From: Thalassospira sp. UBA1131
GTDB lineage: Bacteria; Pseudomonadota; Alphaproteobacteria; Rhodospirillales; Thalassospiraceae
Assembly: GCF_002311515.1 (NCBI RefSeq)
Contig: NZ_DCAO01000132.1
Location: 21,032 to 85,031 of the forward strand
Length of the DNA: 64,000 nt
Direction: 5' to 3'
The first letter of the stretch is position 1, and each line of letters opens with the position of its first letter. The notes below the pieces were generated by a model, which searched no databases, had not been told where the DNA came from, and saw only the letters and a list, made by a program, of their open reading frames with translations. Below are positions 1-10,391 of the stretch, piece by piece. The translations under genes were made by a program, and so were the position numbers.

Positions 1-258
1 TAAAAGCATACCCCTTCGAATGACGGTTTTGATAAATCTCCGACATCCTAGAAGTATTGTAAGTCACGTTGGTGCTGTAGAAGGGTGTTTGTCGCTTTAT
101 TCAAGACGATATGTCTTGAATAAATACCCAAGTAAAAGAATGAAGCTTCGTCACGTGGAAAATGGGCGGAATACTGCGATGAGAACCGGCAGCTTTAGAT
201 GATCCGCATTCCGAACAAGGTTATGCAGGACGCTGCGAGTGCGAAAAGGGCGTCTGTG

Positions 259-1167
259 CTAAATCTTCTCTGCCAGACATTGTGAGATGAAATTGACGAA
301 AGCGCGTACACGGGCCACTCTCGTTCGCGATGACGGCCAAACAACTGAAACAGTCCCACGGTCATCAGTGAATTCATCGAGTAAGGATATCAAACGCCCC
401 GCTTTGATATCCTCGGCAACGAGGTAGCGCGGTGCCTGCACTATGCCAAGTCCGGCCAGCGCGGCAGAGCCGAGGGCGCCTCCATCATTAATCACAAGCC
501 ATGGTTTGACTCTTGTCCCGCGATACGCGCCTTTGAAGGCCCATTTCTCGGTAAGGCCTGTGGTCGGAAACCGGTATAGGACACAGCGATGATCAGCGAG
601 GTCTGCGGGCGTTTGTGGCGTGCCATATTCCTTGACATAGCTTGGTGATGCGCAAGTCGTGAAAGCATGAGGCCCGATCTTGCGGGCATATAGGTTGGAA
701 TCCTCCAGTTCTCCAAGGCGAACGACCAGATCGTATCCGCCTTCAATCAGGTCGACCTTCAAATCATCAAGAGAAATGTCAAGCGTCACATCCGGAAATT
801 CGGCCGAAAATGCATTCACGGCTTGCAAGATAATGCATCTTCCCATGACCGTAGGCACACTGATTTTAAGTCGACCCTGAGGCGTGTTTTGTGCGCTCAG
901 TAGTTCCTGTTCTGCTTCTTGCAGATCGCTAAGGATCCGCGAAGCATATCGGTAAAGAATCTCACCTTCGTCCGTCAGGGTGAGTGAGCGTGTCGTGCGT
1001 GTCAGCAATTTGACACCGAGCCGCTGTTCAAGGCGGTCGACTGCTTTTCCCACTGCAGATGCTGAAAGACCAAGCTTCCGCCCTGCCGCGGCAAAGCTCC
1101 CGTGCTCCAGCGTGACGGAAAAGGCGACAAGGCCGCTCAAGGATTCCAAGGAAGTGATTGCTGACAT
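259..1167 (-). CDS. LysR-family transcriptional regulator (CrgA/DmlR-like)
   Basis: HTH 'GSFAAAGRKLGLSASAVGKAVDRLEQRLGVKLLTRTTRSL' plus LysR substrate domain; start moved to MSAITS (ORF track 1197); divergent from the ALDH operon. Confidence 0.9.
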   Translation of the reverse strand: MSAITSLESLSGLVAFSVTLEHGSFAAAGRKLGLSASAVGKAVDRLEQRLGVKLLTRTTRSLTLTDEGEILYRYASRILSDLQEAEQELLSAQNTPQGRLKISVPTVMGRCIILQAVNAFSAEFPDVTLDISLDDLKVDLIEGGYDLVVRLGELEDSNLYARKIGPHAFTTCASPSYVKEYGTPQTPADLADHRCVLYRFPTTGLTEKWAFKGAYRGTRVKPWLVINDGGALGSAALAGLGIVQAPRYLVAEDIKAGRLISLLDEFTDDRGTVSVVWPSSRTRVARVRAFVNFISQCLAEKI

Positions 1168-1343
1168 AATGTCCGGAATAATAGGACAGAGAGACATCTT
1201 CCGTCAAGGTCGTGCTTCTTCGATAGTTTACGGCGCGCGATCAATGGCACCAAGGAGAAAGTGGATGAAAACTTCATCGGCTGTCATCTCCAGTGTCACT
1301 GGATTTGGGCTACCGCAGCCGACCGTATTGGAGAGTTTCCTTG

Positions 1344-1658
1344 ATGAAAACGCAGCTTAACCATTCACTTATGGCGCGGCTGAAAAAGACCACGCGCATA
1401 TGGATTGCAGTCTATCCAACTGTGCTTGTTTTTTTGACGATATTTGGTGATGCGATCAGGGAACTCCCGCTCGCTTTAGGCATTTTCGTCTCGACACTGA
1501 TCGTCGTCATCATTGTCTCAAATGTCACTGAACCCCTTGTCGGGAAGGCCTTTTACCATTTGGGGAGCATTTTTCGCAAAGCCGGTCATACCTGCGCAAC
1601 AACGCCCTTGGAAAACAATGCCGCGCCAGCTGAACGATCTGCTCAATCAGACAATTAA
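1344..1658 (+). CDS. small two-TM membrane protein
   Basis: GGAGAG RBS before ATG 1344; two hydrophobic segments; 14 bp upstream of ALDH. Confidence 0.55.
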   Translation: MKTQLNHSLMARLKKTTRIWIAVYPTVLVFLTIFGDAIRELPLALGIFVSTLIVVIIVSNVTEPLVGKAFYHLGSIFRKAGHTCATTPLENNAAPAERSAQSDN

Positions 1659-1672
1659 AAGGGATAAATGCA

Positions 1673-3184
1673 ATGACGAACAAAGATGACAAGACCGCTA
1701 TCACTACCCCGGGCACATCTGGCATGAAAGTTCAGGCGACGGCATTTAACTGGATCAACGGTGTTCAGACCACTGACGGGGAATTAAAGCCGTCAATCGA
1801 TCCTGCAACTTACGACATCATTGGCTATTATCCAGAAAATGGGCTACCAGCAGCTGAAGCTGCCGTTGCGGCGGCGGCCAAGGCTTTCAGTGAAACGCCC
1901 TGGGCGCATGATCATGAATTGCGGGCTCATGTCATCAATCAGCTTGCTGATGCATTCGAGCGCAATCGTGATCGCCTGATAAAGATCCTGTCGCTTGAAA
2001 ACGGAAAAGTGTCGGGCGAGGCCGCCTTCGAAGTTGATATGATTCCAAGCAAATTGCGTTATTCGGCGGCAACAGCACTGCTGGAGAGTGGCCGTGCGGT
2101 CACGCCGAAACCCGGAAGCCTGTCTGTCATTCTAAAGCAGCCAATGGGCGTTGCCGGGATTATTGCACCTTGGAATTCTCCTGCGGTTCTGACGGTTCGC
2201 TCATTGGCCCCGGCACTTGCTGCGGGATGTACTGCTGTGATCAAGCTTCCGTCGCAAGTCGCTCAAACGGCTAGTGTGATGGCAGAAATCATGGCCGAGG
2301 CCGAAGACCTACCCAACGGTGTCATCAACCTCTTTTTCGAAAGCGGTCCGGAAGGGTCTGCCTATTTGGTCGAAAGCCCGGATGTTCCCGCAATCAGCTT
2401 CACAGGTAGTACCGGTACAGGCCGTGCGATTGGCGCTGTCGGCGCCAAACGGATGAAACGGTTCGGTATGGAGCTTGGCGGCAAGACGCCTGTCATTCTG
2501 TTCGATGATGCCGATATCGATGCGGCCCTGCCCGTGATTGAGAAGGCGCTGACAGTATTTTCTGGTCAATTTTGTATGACCGGTTCACGTCTGCTTGTTC
2601 AAGACGGCATTTTTGAACACGTGCGCGATGCGCTTGCCCAGCAACTAACCGACGTGAAAGTTGGTCCGGCAAGTGACCCCTCAAGCGATATGGGGCCACT
2701 GATTGATCGAGAGAATGTCTTGCGGGTAGACGGGGTGGTCAAGAAGGCCATTTCTGAAGGTGCAAACGTTGTTGTACGCGGGGGGCCTGTTTGTGCCGGA
2801 CCGCTTGCGAAAGGTGCTTTTTTCCGACCTGTATTGTTGGAAGTTAATGACAATAGTCTGTCGATTCTTCAGGAAGAGACATTTGGTCCTGTCCTAACTA
2901 TTCAGCGTTTTCAGGACGAGGCAGAAGCCATCCAGCTTGCAAATGACAGCGAGTTTGGTCTTGCCGCAAGTGTTTGGACGCGTGACGTCGACCGTCCATT
3001 GAAGGTGGCACAGGCACTTGATGTCGGCACCGTCTGGATCAATGACTGGGCCAAGGTCTATGACAATACCGAGGAAGGCGGCTTTAAACAGTCTGGCCTT
3101 GGACGGCTCAACGGCCTCGCCGCACTCGACGACTTTATCGAATATAAGCATATCGCCCTGAAACCAGGTCTTCATCGGGGCTGA
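1673..3184 (+). CDS. NAD(P)-dependent aldehyde dehydrogenase
   Basis: Motifs PWN, FTGSTGTG, ELGGK, GQFC (catalytic Cys), EETFGP, GGFKQSG. Confidence 0.95.
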   Translation: MTNKDDKTAITTPGTSGMKVQATAFNWINGVQTTDGELKPSIDPATYDIIGYYPENGLPAAEAAVAAAAKAFSETPWAHDHELRAHVINQLADAFERNRDRLIKILSLENGKVSGEAAFEVDMIPSKLRYSAATALLESGRAVTPKPGSLSVILKQPMGVAGIIAPWNSPAVLTVRSLAPALAAGCTAVIKLPSQVAQTASVMAEIMAEAEDLPNGVINLFFESGPEGSAYLVESPDVPAISFTGSTGTGRAIGAVGAKRMKRFGMELGGKTPVILFDDADIDAALPVIEKALTVFSGQFCMTGSRLLVQDGIFEHVRDALAQQLTDVKVGPASDPSSDMGPLIDRENVLRVDGVVKKAISEGANVVVRGGPVCAGPLAKGAFFRPVLLEVNDNSLSILQEETFGPVLTIQRFQDEAEAIQLANDSEFGLAASVWTRDVDRPLKVAQALDVGTVWINDWAKVYDNTEEGGFKQSGLGRLNGLAALDDFIEYKHIALKPGLHRG

Positions 3185-3399
3185 TGACATTGCAGGATTG
3201 ATTGCAAAAAGGGCCGGGGCGTTGCTTTTAATTGCAAGGATATTGGGTGCCATCTGTAAGGTCGGCAGCCTTTGCCAAGCATCACGATCCTTTGGGTAAA
3301 CCAAGAACAGTGCTTGGCGTATCGCGAGGATACAGCAAGAAAGTCGTAACTTATGGTATGGGGCATGTCCCCATACCAGTCCGGTGAACGACAAAGCTG

Positions 3400-4266
3400 T
3401 TAGTTTTGCTCTGGCGCCGCATCAGAAGTATTTTGGCCAGTTCGATACTTTGCCAAAATGCTGTCAAAAAGACCACTCTGGCGGATTGTCTTCAGACCAG
3501 CATTCAAATGATCCAGAATAATTTCCGGGGCCTCGGTCTTGCGGGAAATGCAGGAGTAATGGGAACTGGTCGATATTACCTTGGTCCTTATTCTTTCTAC
3601 GTCAGGGAGCCCGTCCTCATCTCCATTGAGCAGGTAATAGTCCATAGGGGGGCGAAACGTTAAGGCTGCGTCAATTCGATTTGAGTTCAAAAGATTGACC
3701 AGCGCTTTTTCGCTATTGGCAATCATGACATCAAACTTTGCTTTGCGCGCGTACACCTCCAGACTGTATCCATTCACAACACCAACGGTCAGTTTGGACG
3801 CGTCTTCGGTGTCGATCATGTCAAAAACCTGTTCATTGGTGCTATACATGGCGATCTCTCCGTCGCCAAGTGGATCAGAATATAGGAATTCTGCGTCTCT
3901 TTCTGGCAGGTAGCTACAAGAACAAAGCCCATCAACATGACCTGCACTGGCAAGCAAATAAGCCCTTTTCCAAGGATAGAACGGTGTAAGGAGTGTGATG
4001 TCGCGTGTGGCAAATGCGGCACGCAAGATTTCAACATCAAATCCGGGCATGACGTTGTTGTCAGCGATCATCGCGGCAGGGAACGGATTGCAGGCAAGTG
4101 TCACGGTCTTGCGTTCACTGGCGGATGAGCCAAATGAATTATCTGCCAGTGCCGCACCGATCAATGTGCTGATAAACGTAATCGTTAATGCGGCAAAGAT
4201 TGCAGCATTTTTCCCAATCCAATTGGAAATTAACTGATTTTTGGCTTTCTGAAGGAATGGGGTCAT
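3400..4266 (-). CDS. solute-binding protein, family 3 (no adjacent permease)
   Basis: N-terminal hydrophobic segment; 'GFDVEILRAAF', 'PWKRA', C-terminal 'LNAGLKTIRQSGLFDSILAKY'; start uncertain. Confidence 0.75.
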   Translation of the reverse strand: MTPFLQKAKNQLISNWIGKNAAIFAALTITFISTLIGAALADNSFGSSASERKTVTLACNPFPAAMIADNNVMPGFDVEILRAAFATRDITLLTPFYPWKRAYLLASAGHVDGLCSCSYLPERDAEFLYSDPLGDGEIAMYSTNEQVFDMIDTEDASKLTVGVVNGYSLEVYARKAKFDVMIANSEKALVNLLNSNRIDAALTFRPPMDYYLLNGDEDGLPDVERIRTKVISTSSHYSCISRKTEAPEIILDHLNAGLKTIRQSGLFDSILAKYRTGQNTSDAAPEQN

Positions 4267-4267
4267 A

Positions 4268-5857
4268 TCATTTAACTGCAATCAAATGATCAACTTTTGG
4301 GTGTGTTTCGCCCAGATGCAAGCGGTTAACCTTTTCCTGAATATCGCGATCCGCGCCAGACACCCGTTTGTGATGACGTAAGTGTTCTATCCATGAACCT
4401 TCCGACCATGTTTCGACAAACAGGTCGTGATCAGCGCTGTCCTGATGAAGCCCCCAATGGTATGCGCCATGGCGCTGGCGGGCTTTGCGCATTTCAGTCA
4501 TGAGCTGCTGGAACGTCTCGTGATCTTTCGAGTTGATCCGATAGGAAATCCTGATCATGACAGGGCCGCGATCCTGTTCGGCACTTTCAGACAGGATTGG
4601 TTCGGGCCAGTGCATTGACGGGCTCAGATCGATATCGGCGCCCTGATTAAGCCGGATGCGCATTGTTGCGATCATCAGAATGATTGCTCCAACCCCAGCA
4701 GTCAGCAAAGCCGTCTCAATCGAGAACTGTTCGGCAAGCCAGCCCCATGCCACGCTACCAATTGACATCGAGCCGAAAAATAGCGTCAGAAATACCGACA
4801 AACCCCGCGCACGCACCCAGTCAGGCAAAGCGGTTTGAGTGGATACATTCAACGAAGATAAAACCGCTATCCATGACGCCCCGGCAATGAAGGAGGCCAT
4901 AACTGCCACGACTGGATGCTGAACCAAAGCGAAGCTCAACATCACAAGAGCTGTCCCGATTGTACCGGCCATAACGGTTTTGTCTGGACCAAGTCGTGAC
5001 TTGATTTTGGGTAGAACAATGGCGCCGGCGACAGCGCCTGTGCCAACACTGGCGAGCAGAATTCCATATAGCTGCGCACCGCCGTCCAGCATGTTGCGCG
5101 CTATCAGTGGCAACATCGCCCAATAGGCGCTGGCAAACAAAAAGAACGCAACAGCCCGGATCAAGGTGGCGATCACCGGCGGGCTGTTAAATACATAGCG
5201 AAGACCAGCACGCATGGCCCCGGCCATGCGTTCTCGTGGCATGGTCTGGACATTCTCTTGAGGATTCCAGAAGAACAGAACGCCAAGAATTCCGAGAAAG
5301 CTGAGTGCATTGAGTGCAAACGGAGATACCAGACCTGCGCTGACAATCAGAAAACCGGCCAATGCCGGACCAATCGCGCGACTGACGTTGATGCCCATGG
5401 AATTGAGCGCAATCGCAGCGCCCAGGCGTGGTTTATCAACCAACCCCGGAACGATCGCTTGCCATGCAGGTGCCATCAATGCTGCACAGGTTCCCATCAA
5501 GAATGTAAACAGGATCAGGATCGAAGGCGTCACCAGTTGCAGGTAAACCATCGCAGAGAGTGCTGCAGCCAAGCCGGCCATTACCAGATTGATGGAAATC
5601 AGTAATTTTCTGCGATCCATTAAGTCCGCAAGCGCCCCGGCAAAGATTGCAAACAGGAATACGGGCAATGTGGTCGCCGCCTGCACCAGCGAGACGACCA
5701 GAGGCGAGGGGGACAGCTCTGTCATGAGCCAGCCTGCGCCGACATCGTGCATCCAGGTGCCGATATTCGATATGACGGTTGCCACCCACAAAAAGGCGAA
5801 TGCCCTATGCCGAAACGGTGCCCATGGACCTGTGTCAACTGGTTTGGTTTCGTTCAT
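4268..5857 (-). CDS. MFS transporter (MFS_3 type) with C-terminal soluble domain
   Basis: About 12 TM helices, 'GALADLMDRRKLL' motif A, hydrophilic tail 'SWIEHLRHHKRV'. Confidence 0.92.
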   Translation of the reverse strand: MNETKPVDTGPWAPFRHRAFAFLWVATVISNIGTWMHDVGAGWLMTELSPSPLVVSLVQAATTLPVFLFAIFAGALADLMDRRKLLISINLVMAGLAAALSAMVYLQLVTPSILILFTFLMGTCAALMAPAWQAIVPGLVDKPRLGAAIALNSMGINVSRAIGPALAGFLIVSAGLVSPFALNALSFLGILGVLFFWNPQENVQTMPRERMAGAMRAGLRYVFNSPPVIATLIRAVAFFLFASAYWAMLPLIARNMLDGGAQLYGILLASVGTGAVAGAIVLPKIKSRLGPDKTVMAGTIGTALVMLSFALVQHPVVAVMASFIAGASWIAVLSSLNVSTQTALPDWVRARGLSVFLTLFFGSMSIGSVAWGWLAEQFSIETALLTAGVGAIILMIATMRIRLNQGADIDLSPSMHWPEPILSESAEQDRGPVMIRISYRINSKDHETFQQLMTEMRKARQRHGAYHWGLHQDSADHDLFVETWSEGSWIEHLRHHKRVSGADRDIQEKVNRLHLGETHPKVDHLIAVK

Positions 5858-5916
5858 TTTTCCTCTTCCTGATGAAGATGGCAATGCGCTTTGATTCCCT
5901 AATGCCGCAAAGCGCC

Positions 5917-6330
5917 CTAAATGCGTCGGGATGTCTTTTCGGACAGAATTGCCACAAGAGCGAGCCCTGCAATGATCGCAACATGCTCAAAAAATATGTT
6001 GCTTTGTGCGGCGCGCTCCGCCTCTGGAAAAGTCCAGTACGCATGTGCAGTGAGTGTCGCAACAGCGGTAAATACTCCCAGTGCGCCAGCGGCCAGCCAC
6101 ACTTGGCGCCCCAGGATGATGGCAATAGAACCGCCCAGTTGGAGAAGGATAATGCCCGCTGCAAGTGGTGCCGCGGGCGAAAGTCCGAAATGGTTCATCT
6201 CACCTATCGCTGCCGACCAGTTGAACAGTTTTGTCAAACCAGAAAGCCAGAACGGACAGGTCAGAGCAACCCGGATACCCAATTCAAATATAACGCTGTT
6301 TAACAACTTCGAGATGGGGGCTGGCGTCAT
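5917..6330 (-). CDS. DoxX-family membrane protein
   Basis: 'FWLSGLTKL', 'TLTAHAYW', 'FFEHVAIIAGL' DoxX-like motifs; start at MTPAP. Confidence 0.85.
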   Translation of the reverse strand: MTPAPISKLLNSVIFELGIRVALTCPFWLSGLTKLFNWSAAIGEMNHFGLSPAAPLAAGIILLQLGGSIAIILGRQVWLAAGALGVFTAVATLTAHAYWTFPEAERAAQSNIFFEHVAIIAGLALVAILSEKTSRRI

Positions 6331-6435
6331 GACATTGTTCTCATGGTAAAGGAAACGGAAATTGTCAGTTATGCCGAAACAAACCCGGTTCGGTGCGCCG
6401 GTTTCCAAATGGAATTGACCGGCGCACCAGGGGGG

Positions 6436-6714
6436 TTATGACTTTGTTTCAGGCGATGCTGGGCCACACTTGGTTTGAGCACCTTTGACATCACTTGCTA
6501 CACCAAATGATTTGCCATGTAGGCAGTGTGCAGCGGCTTCTTGGACAGACATTCTGTCTTTGGCCCAGTTCACCGCAGTTTCACCAGCCAGCATACCAAG
6601 CAGTCCAAGGAGTGCGATGACGGGTGGGGCCGGGGATCGGGTTCCCAACAGCGCATAAATCACACCAACACCAAGCCCGATTCCAAGTGAAACGACATAA
6701 GGGGAAACAGTCAT
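6436..6714 (-). CDS. XapX-domain (DUF1427) small membrane protein
   Basis: 'GLGVGVIYALLGTRSPAPPVIALLGLLGMLAGE'; AGGAG RBS before ATG 6714. Confidence 0.85.
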   Translation of the reverse strand: MTVSPYVVSLGIGLGVGVIYALLGTRSPAPPVIALLGLLGMLAGETAVNWAKDRMSVQEAAAHCLHGKSFGVASDVKGAQTKCGPASPETKS

Positions 6715-6728
6715 TCTCTTCTCCTTTG

Positions 6729-8669
6729 CTATACCGCGAAGCAGGAACAACCCAGCGCACCCCAAAAAGATTTGCTGTCTGCAACCGGGATTGGATTGTT
6801 CCATGCAATGCCATGGTCGTGGCCGTGAACGCCGCAACCGTGCGAACAACCATCGTGGCATGCACGTTCATGTGTCGAGGCTTCAGGACGTTGGGCCGGG
6901 CTTTGTTGATGCAAAACCGGACTCCAGGATGGCGATGCCGGTGGCAGGTTCGGTGAAAGGGACTGATAGTTGCCTTCGCCGTAAACCACTTTGCCGCCAA
7001 CCATGGTCATGACCGAGTTGATCCGCCGGATTTCTTCGGGCGCAACGGCCAAATAATCCGCCGACAGAACTGCCAGATCAGCATATTGCCCCGGCGCAAG
7101 CGATCCTTTGACATCCGCTTCGCCCGAGAACCATGCCGAACCCTTGGTCCAGAGCATCAAGGCCGTTTCACGATCAATAACGTTGTCATTGTCATAAAGT
7201 GGCATGCCGCCAACCGTTTTACCGGTCGTTAGCCAGTAAAGGGCAACCCACGGATCGTAAGACGCGACACGCGTTGCATCCGTTCCCGCCCCGACGGGCA
7301 GCCCCTGCTCAAGCATTTTGGCAATGGGCGGGGTCGCCATGGCGGCGTCTTTGCCGTAACGATTGACGAAATATTCGCCCTGGAAGGCCATACGATGCTG
7401 AATGGCAATGCCGCCGCCCAGTGCCTTGATCCGTTCGATATTGCGTTCGGAAACGGTTTCGGCGTGATCGATGATGAACCGGGTTTTGAACGGGTTCTTG
7501 CCATTGACGCGTTCAAATAGGCCAAGGAAACGGTCGATGGTTTCGTCATAGGTTGCGTGAATACGGAACGGCCATTCACGATCAGCCAGCAGTTCGACAA
7601 TCGGTTCAAGTTCACTTTCCATCACTGGTGCCAGATCCGGACGCGGTTCAAGGAAGTTTTCAAAGTCCGCAGCCGACCAGGTCAGGTTTTCGCCCGCCCC
7701 GTTCATGCGCAGCATGTCGCTTCCAGCACCCGGTTCGGTCAGTTCGACCCAGCGTTCGTAATCGTTCAATTCCTTGCCCGCTGTTTGGGCAAAAAGGTTG
7801 TAGGCGATGCGAACCGTCATTTGCCCGTCGTCATGCAGACGTTGAATGACGTCATAATCGTCGGGATAATTTTGTCCGCCGCCGCCAGCATCAATCACAC
7901 TGGTGATGCCAAGCCGGTTCATCTCACGCATATAGTGGCGGGTGGAATTGATCTGATCTTCGATCGGCAGCTTCGGTCCCTTGGCCAGCGTGGAGTAAAG
8001 GATCAGGGCGGATGGTTTGGCGACCAGGAGTCCGGTCGGATTGCCCTTGGCATCCTTTTCAATCACGCCACCGGGCGGGTTTGGCGTGTTCTTATCAAAA
8101 CCAAGAACCTTGATGGCGGCCTGATTAAGCAGGGCCTGCCCATAAAGATGCAGGATAAAGACCGGGGTTTCGGGGGCGGCAGCATTGATTTCATCAAGCG
8201 TCGGCAAACGACGTTCAGCAAATTGGAATTCCGACCAGCCTCCAACGACACGCACCCATTGCGGTGCAGGCGTAACGGCCGCTTGGGCCTTAAGCATGCG
8301 AAGGGCATCGGCCACAGAGGGCACGTTCTCCCATCGCAGTTCCATGTTGTAGTTCAACCCGCCGCGAATAAGGTGGGTATGGCTGTCATTGAGTCCCGGA
8401 ATGATGCGACGACCGCCACCATTGATCATTTTGGTTTTGCCATCGGCAAGCTTGCGCATATCGGCTTCGGCGCCGATTGCCAGTACTTTGCCGCCGGCAA
8501 TCGCAATGGCGTCGACTTCGGGTTTTTTGGGATCAAGCGTCGTGATACGGGCGTTGTGGATGATTGTTTCGGCTGTCTTGCTCATCTCGGTACTTCCAGT
8601 TGATCTGATTGGCAGCGCAATGAGTGCTGTGCTTGCAGCAGCACCTTGAAGAAATGTCCGGCGTTTCAT
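6729..8669 (-). CDS. metal-dependent amidohydrolase (YtcJ/NfdA-like, Amidohydro_3) with Tat-like leader
   Basis: 'PGLNDSHTH', 'IHA', 'IDHAE', 'GTDA' metal motifs; N-terminal KRRTFLQ; Cys/His-rich tail. Confidence 0.92.
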   Translation of the reverse strand: MKRRTFLQGAAASTALIALPIRSTGSTEMSKTAETIIHNARITTLDPKKPEVDAIAIAGGKVLAIGAEADMRKLADGKTKMINGGGRRIIPGLNDSHTHLIRGGLNYNMELRWENVPSVADALRMLKAQAAVTPAPQWVRVVGGWSEFQFAERRLPTLDEINAAAPETPVFILHLYGQALLNQAAIKVLGFDKNTPNPPGGVIEKDAKGNPTGLLVAKPSALILYSTLAKGPKLPIEDQINSTRHYMREMNRLGITSVIDAGGGGQNYPDDYDVIQRLHDDGQMTVRIAYNLFAQTAGKELNDYERWVELTEPGAGSDMLRMNGAGENLTWSAADFENFLEPRPDLAPVMESELEPIVELLADREWPFRIHATYDETIDRFLGLFERVNGKNPFKTRFIIDHAETVSERNIERIKALGGGIAIQHRMAFQGEYFVNRYGKDAAMATPPIAKMLEQGLPVGAGTDATRVASYDPWVALYWLTTGKTVGGMPLYDNDNVIDRETALMLWTKGSAWFSGEADVKGSLAPGQYADLAVLSADYLAVAPEEIRRINSVMTMVGGKVVYGEGNYQSLSPNLPPASPSWSPVLHQQSPAQRPEASTHERACHDGCSHGCGVHGHDHGIAWNNPIPVADSKSFWGALGCSCFAV

Positions 8670-8784
8670 GCGTGTGACCTTTCAACACCAAGCCCCGCAC
8701 CTGCCGCTCACGTACGCCCGTTCAGTGAGGTACTTGACTTCGAAACGGCACTGAGAGTTTGGCGTGACAGAGGGCTTCGGAACG

Positions 8785-8822
8785 AAAAAAAACGCGGCAG
8801 ATATTTTGTATCTGCCGCGTTT
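8785..8822 (-). terminator. Rho-independent terminator/attenuator after ycaC-like gene 1
   Basis: Stem AAACGCGGCAGATA / TATCTGCCGCGTTT; A8 run at 8785-8792 gives a U-tract on the minus strand. Confidence 0.75.
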
Positions 8823-8832
8823 CCTTTATCGA

Positions 8833-9510
8833 TCAGGAAGCTGCTTTCGGCGCAATCCGAGGACCATGTTCGACGCGTTCCGGCGCCTTGTGAACCATGG
8901 TGTAGGCGTAATCGACACCCATGCCATAAGCACCGGAATGTTCTTTCACCAACGCCATGACATCATCATAGGTTTCACGGTGTGCCCAATCGCGCTGCCA
9001 TTCGAGCAGAACCTGCTGCCAGGTTACCGGCACCACACCAGCCTGAACCATGCGATCCATCGCATAATTATGCGCATCAACCGATGTGCCCCCCGAAGCA
9101 TCGGCGACCATGTAGATTTCATATCCGCCTTCAAGCATTGCACAGAACGCAAAGGAGTTGTTGCAGACTTCGGTCCACAAGCCGGAAACGATCACTTTCT
9201 TGCGGCCGTTTGCAGCGAGTGCATCACGCACTTTCTGGTCATCCCAGGAATTCATCGAGGTCCGTTCGAGAAGCGGCGCTTCCGGGAAGACGGCCAGAAG
9301 TTCCGGATAGGTATGGCCTGAAAAGCTTTCGGTTTCGACGGTTGTGATCGTGGTCGGGATGTTGAAAATCTTGGCAGCCTTTGCAAGGCCAACGGTGTTG
9401 TTTTTAAGGACCTGACGGTCAATCGACTGAACGCCGAATGCCATCTGAGGCTGGTGATCGATGAAGATGATCTGCGAATTTTTCGGGGTAAGAAGTTCAA
9501 GCTTTTCCAT
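8833..9510 (-). CDS. ycaC: YcaC-like isochorismatase-family cysteine hydrolase
   Basis: 'FIDHQPQM', 'ERTSMNSW', 'GLWTEVC', 'EWQRDW'; AGGAG RBS before ATG 9510. Confidence 0.88.
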   Translation of the reverse strand: MEKLELLTPKNSQIIFIDHQPQMAFGVQSIDRQVLKNNTVGLAKAAKIFNIPTTITTVETESFSGHTYPELLAVFPEAPLLERTSMNSWDDQKVRDALAANGRKKVIVSGLWTEVCNNSFAFCAMLEGGYEIYMVADASGGTSVDAHNYAMDRMVQAGVVPVTWQQVLLEWQRDWAHRETYDDVMALVKEHSGAYGMGVDYAYTMVHKAPERVEHGPRIAPKAAS

Positions 9511-9577
9511 TTTAGGTCTCCTGTTTGATAAAACGACATTGCCTGCATGCAACAAGCGCAGGGGGAAGGGCCGGGGA

Positions 9578-10213
9578 CTAGGAAGTTGGGATCGCAGACA
9601 CGATCATCAGCACGCCAAAAACGACAAAGATTACGCCGGTCAACGCACGCCCACGCCGGGCATGTTCCGGTTTTTGAAACATCCTTACGACGTGCCGCGC
9701 ACCAATTGCGTAACCGCCCAGAACAACAAGCTTTGCAACGACAAACGTCAAAACCAGAAGTGCCAGAACAGCTGGGCCGCTCTCGGCGGGAATAAACTGC
9801 GGGAACAATGCCGCAAAAAACAGAACGGCCTTTGGGTTGCTGATCCCGACACCGAATGAGTGAAACCAGAGAGCCAAACCGTCGCGTCCACGTGCTATCT
9901 CAGCAGTCCCATCGGCCTCTTTCGGTTGGACGACGGGTCTGAGATACGTCCACCCCAGCCACAGGACATAGAACGCACCAAGCAAGCGCAGGCTGAGAAA
10001 AATCAGTGGATACGCTTCGAGTAAAGCACCCAAGCCAACCACCGAAAGTGTCGCCAGCAGTGCAATTGCGACAAGATCGCCACTCAGTGCACCCAATGCG
10101 CGACGCCACCCAAAGGCAAGAGCATTGTTAACGAGAAACAATGTCGACGGACCAGGCGTCGCGCTTTGAGCTGCGCTGATCAAGATAAAAGCAAGATATG
10201 ATGATAATTCCAT
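9578..10213 (-). CDS. LysE/RhtB-family efflux protein
   Basis: 'TPGPS', 'SNPKAVLFFAALFPQF' motifs; about 6 TM. Confidence 0.92.
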   Translation of the reverse strand: MELSSYLAFILISAAQSATPGPSTLFLVNNALAFGWRRALGALSGDLVAIALLATLSVVGLGALLEAYPLIFLSLRLLGAFYVLWLGWTYLRPVVQPKEADGTAEIARGRDGLALWFHSFGVGISNPKAVLFFAALFPQFIPAESGPAVLALLVLTFVVAKLVVLGGYAIGARHVVRMFQKPEHARRGRALTGVIFVVFGVLMIVSAIPTS

Positions 10214-10391
10214 TGCGCACCCAAGACAATAATTTGTTCAACGAAACAGAAATGGTTAAAGTAACCCAATAGTTTTCCTGCCTTTTTTGTAAAGCAGAGC
10301 GCCATTTCCATTCTGACTCTCAAGAAGTGATGAAGAGCCGTGACAAATCCTCAGGCGTTCATCTGGAATCTGATCAGTCCATTATTTATCC

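Noticed and set aside
7557-8603. 348-aa plus-strand ORF
   Set aside because: Antisense shadow of the amidohydrolase with no recognisable motifs
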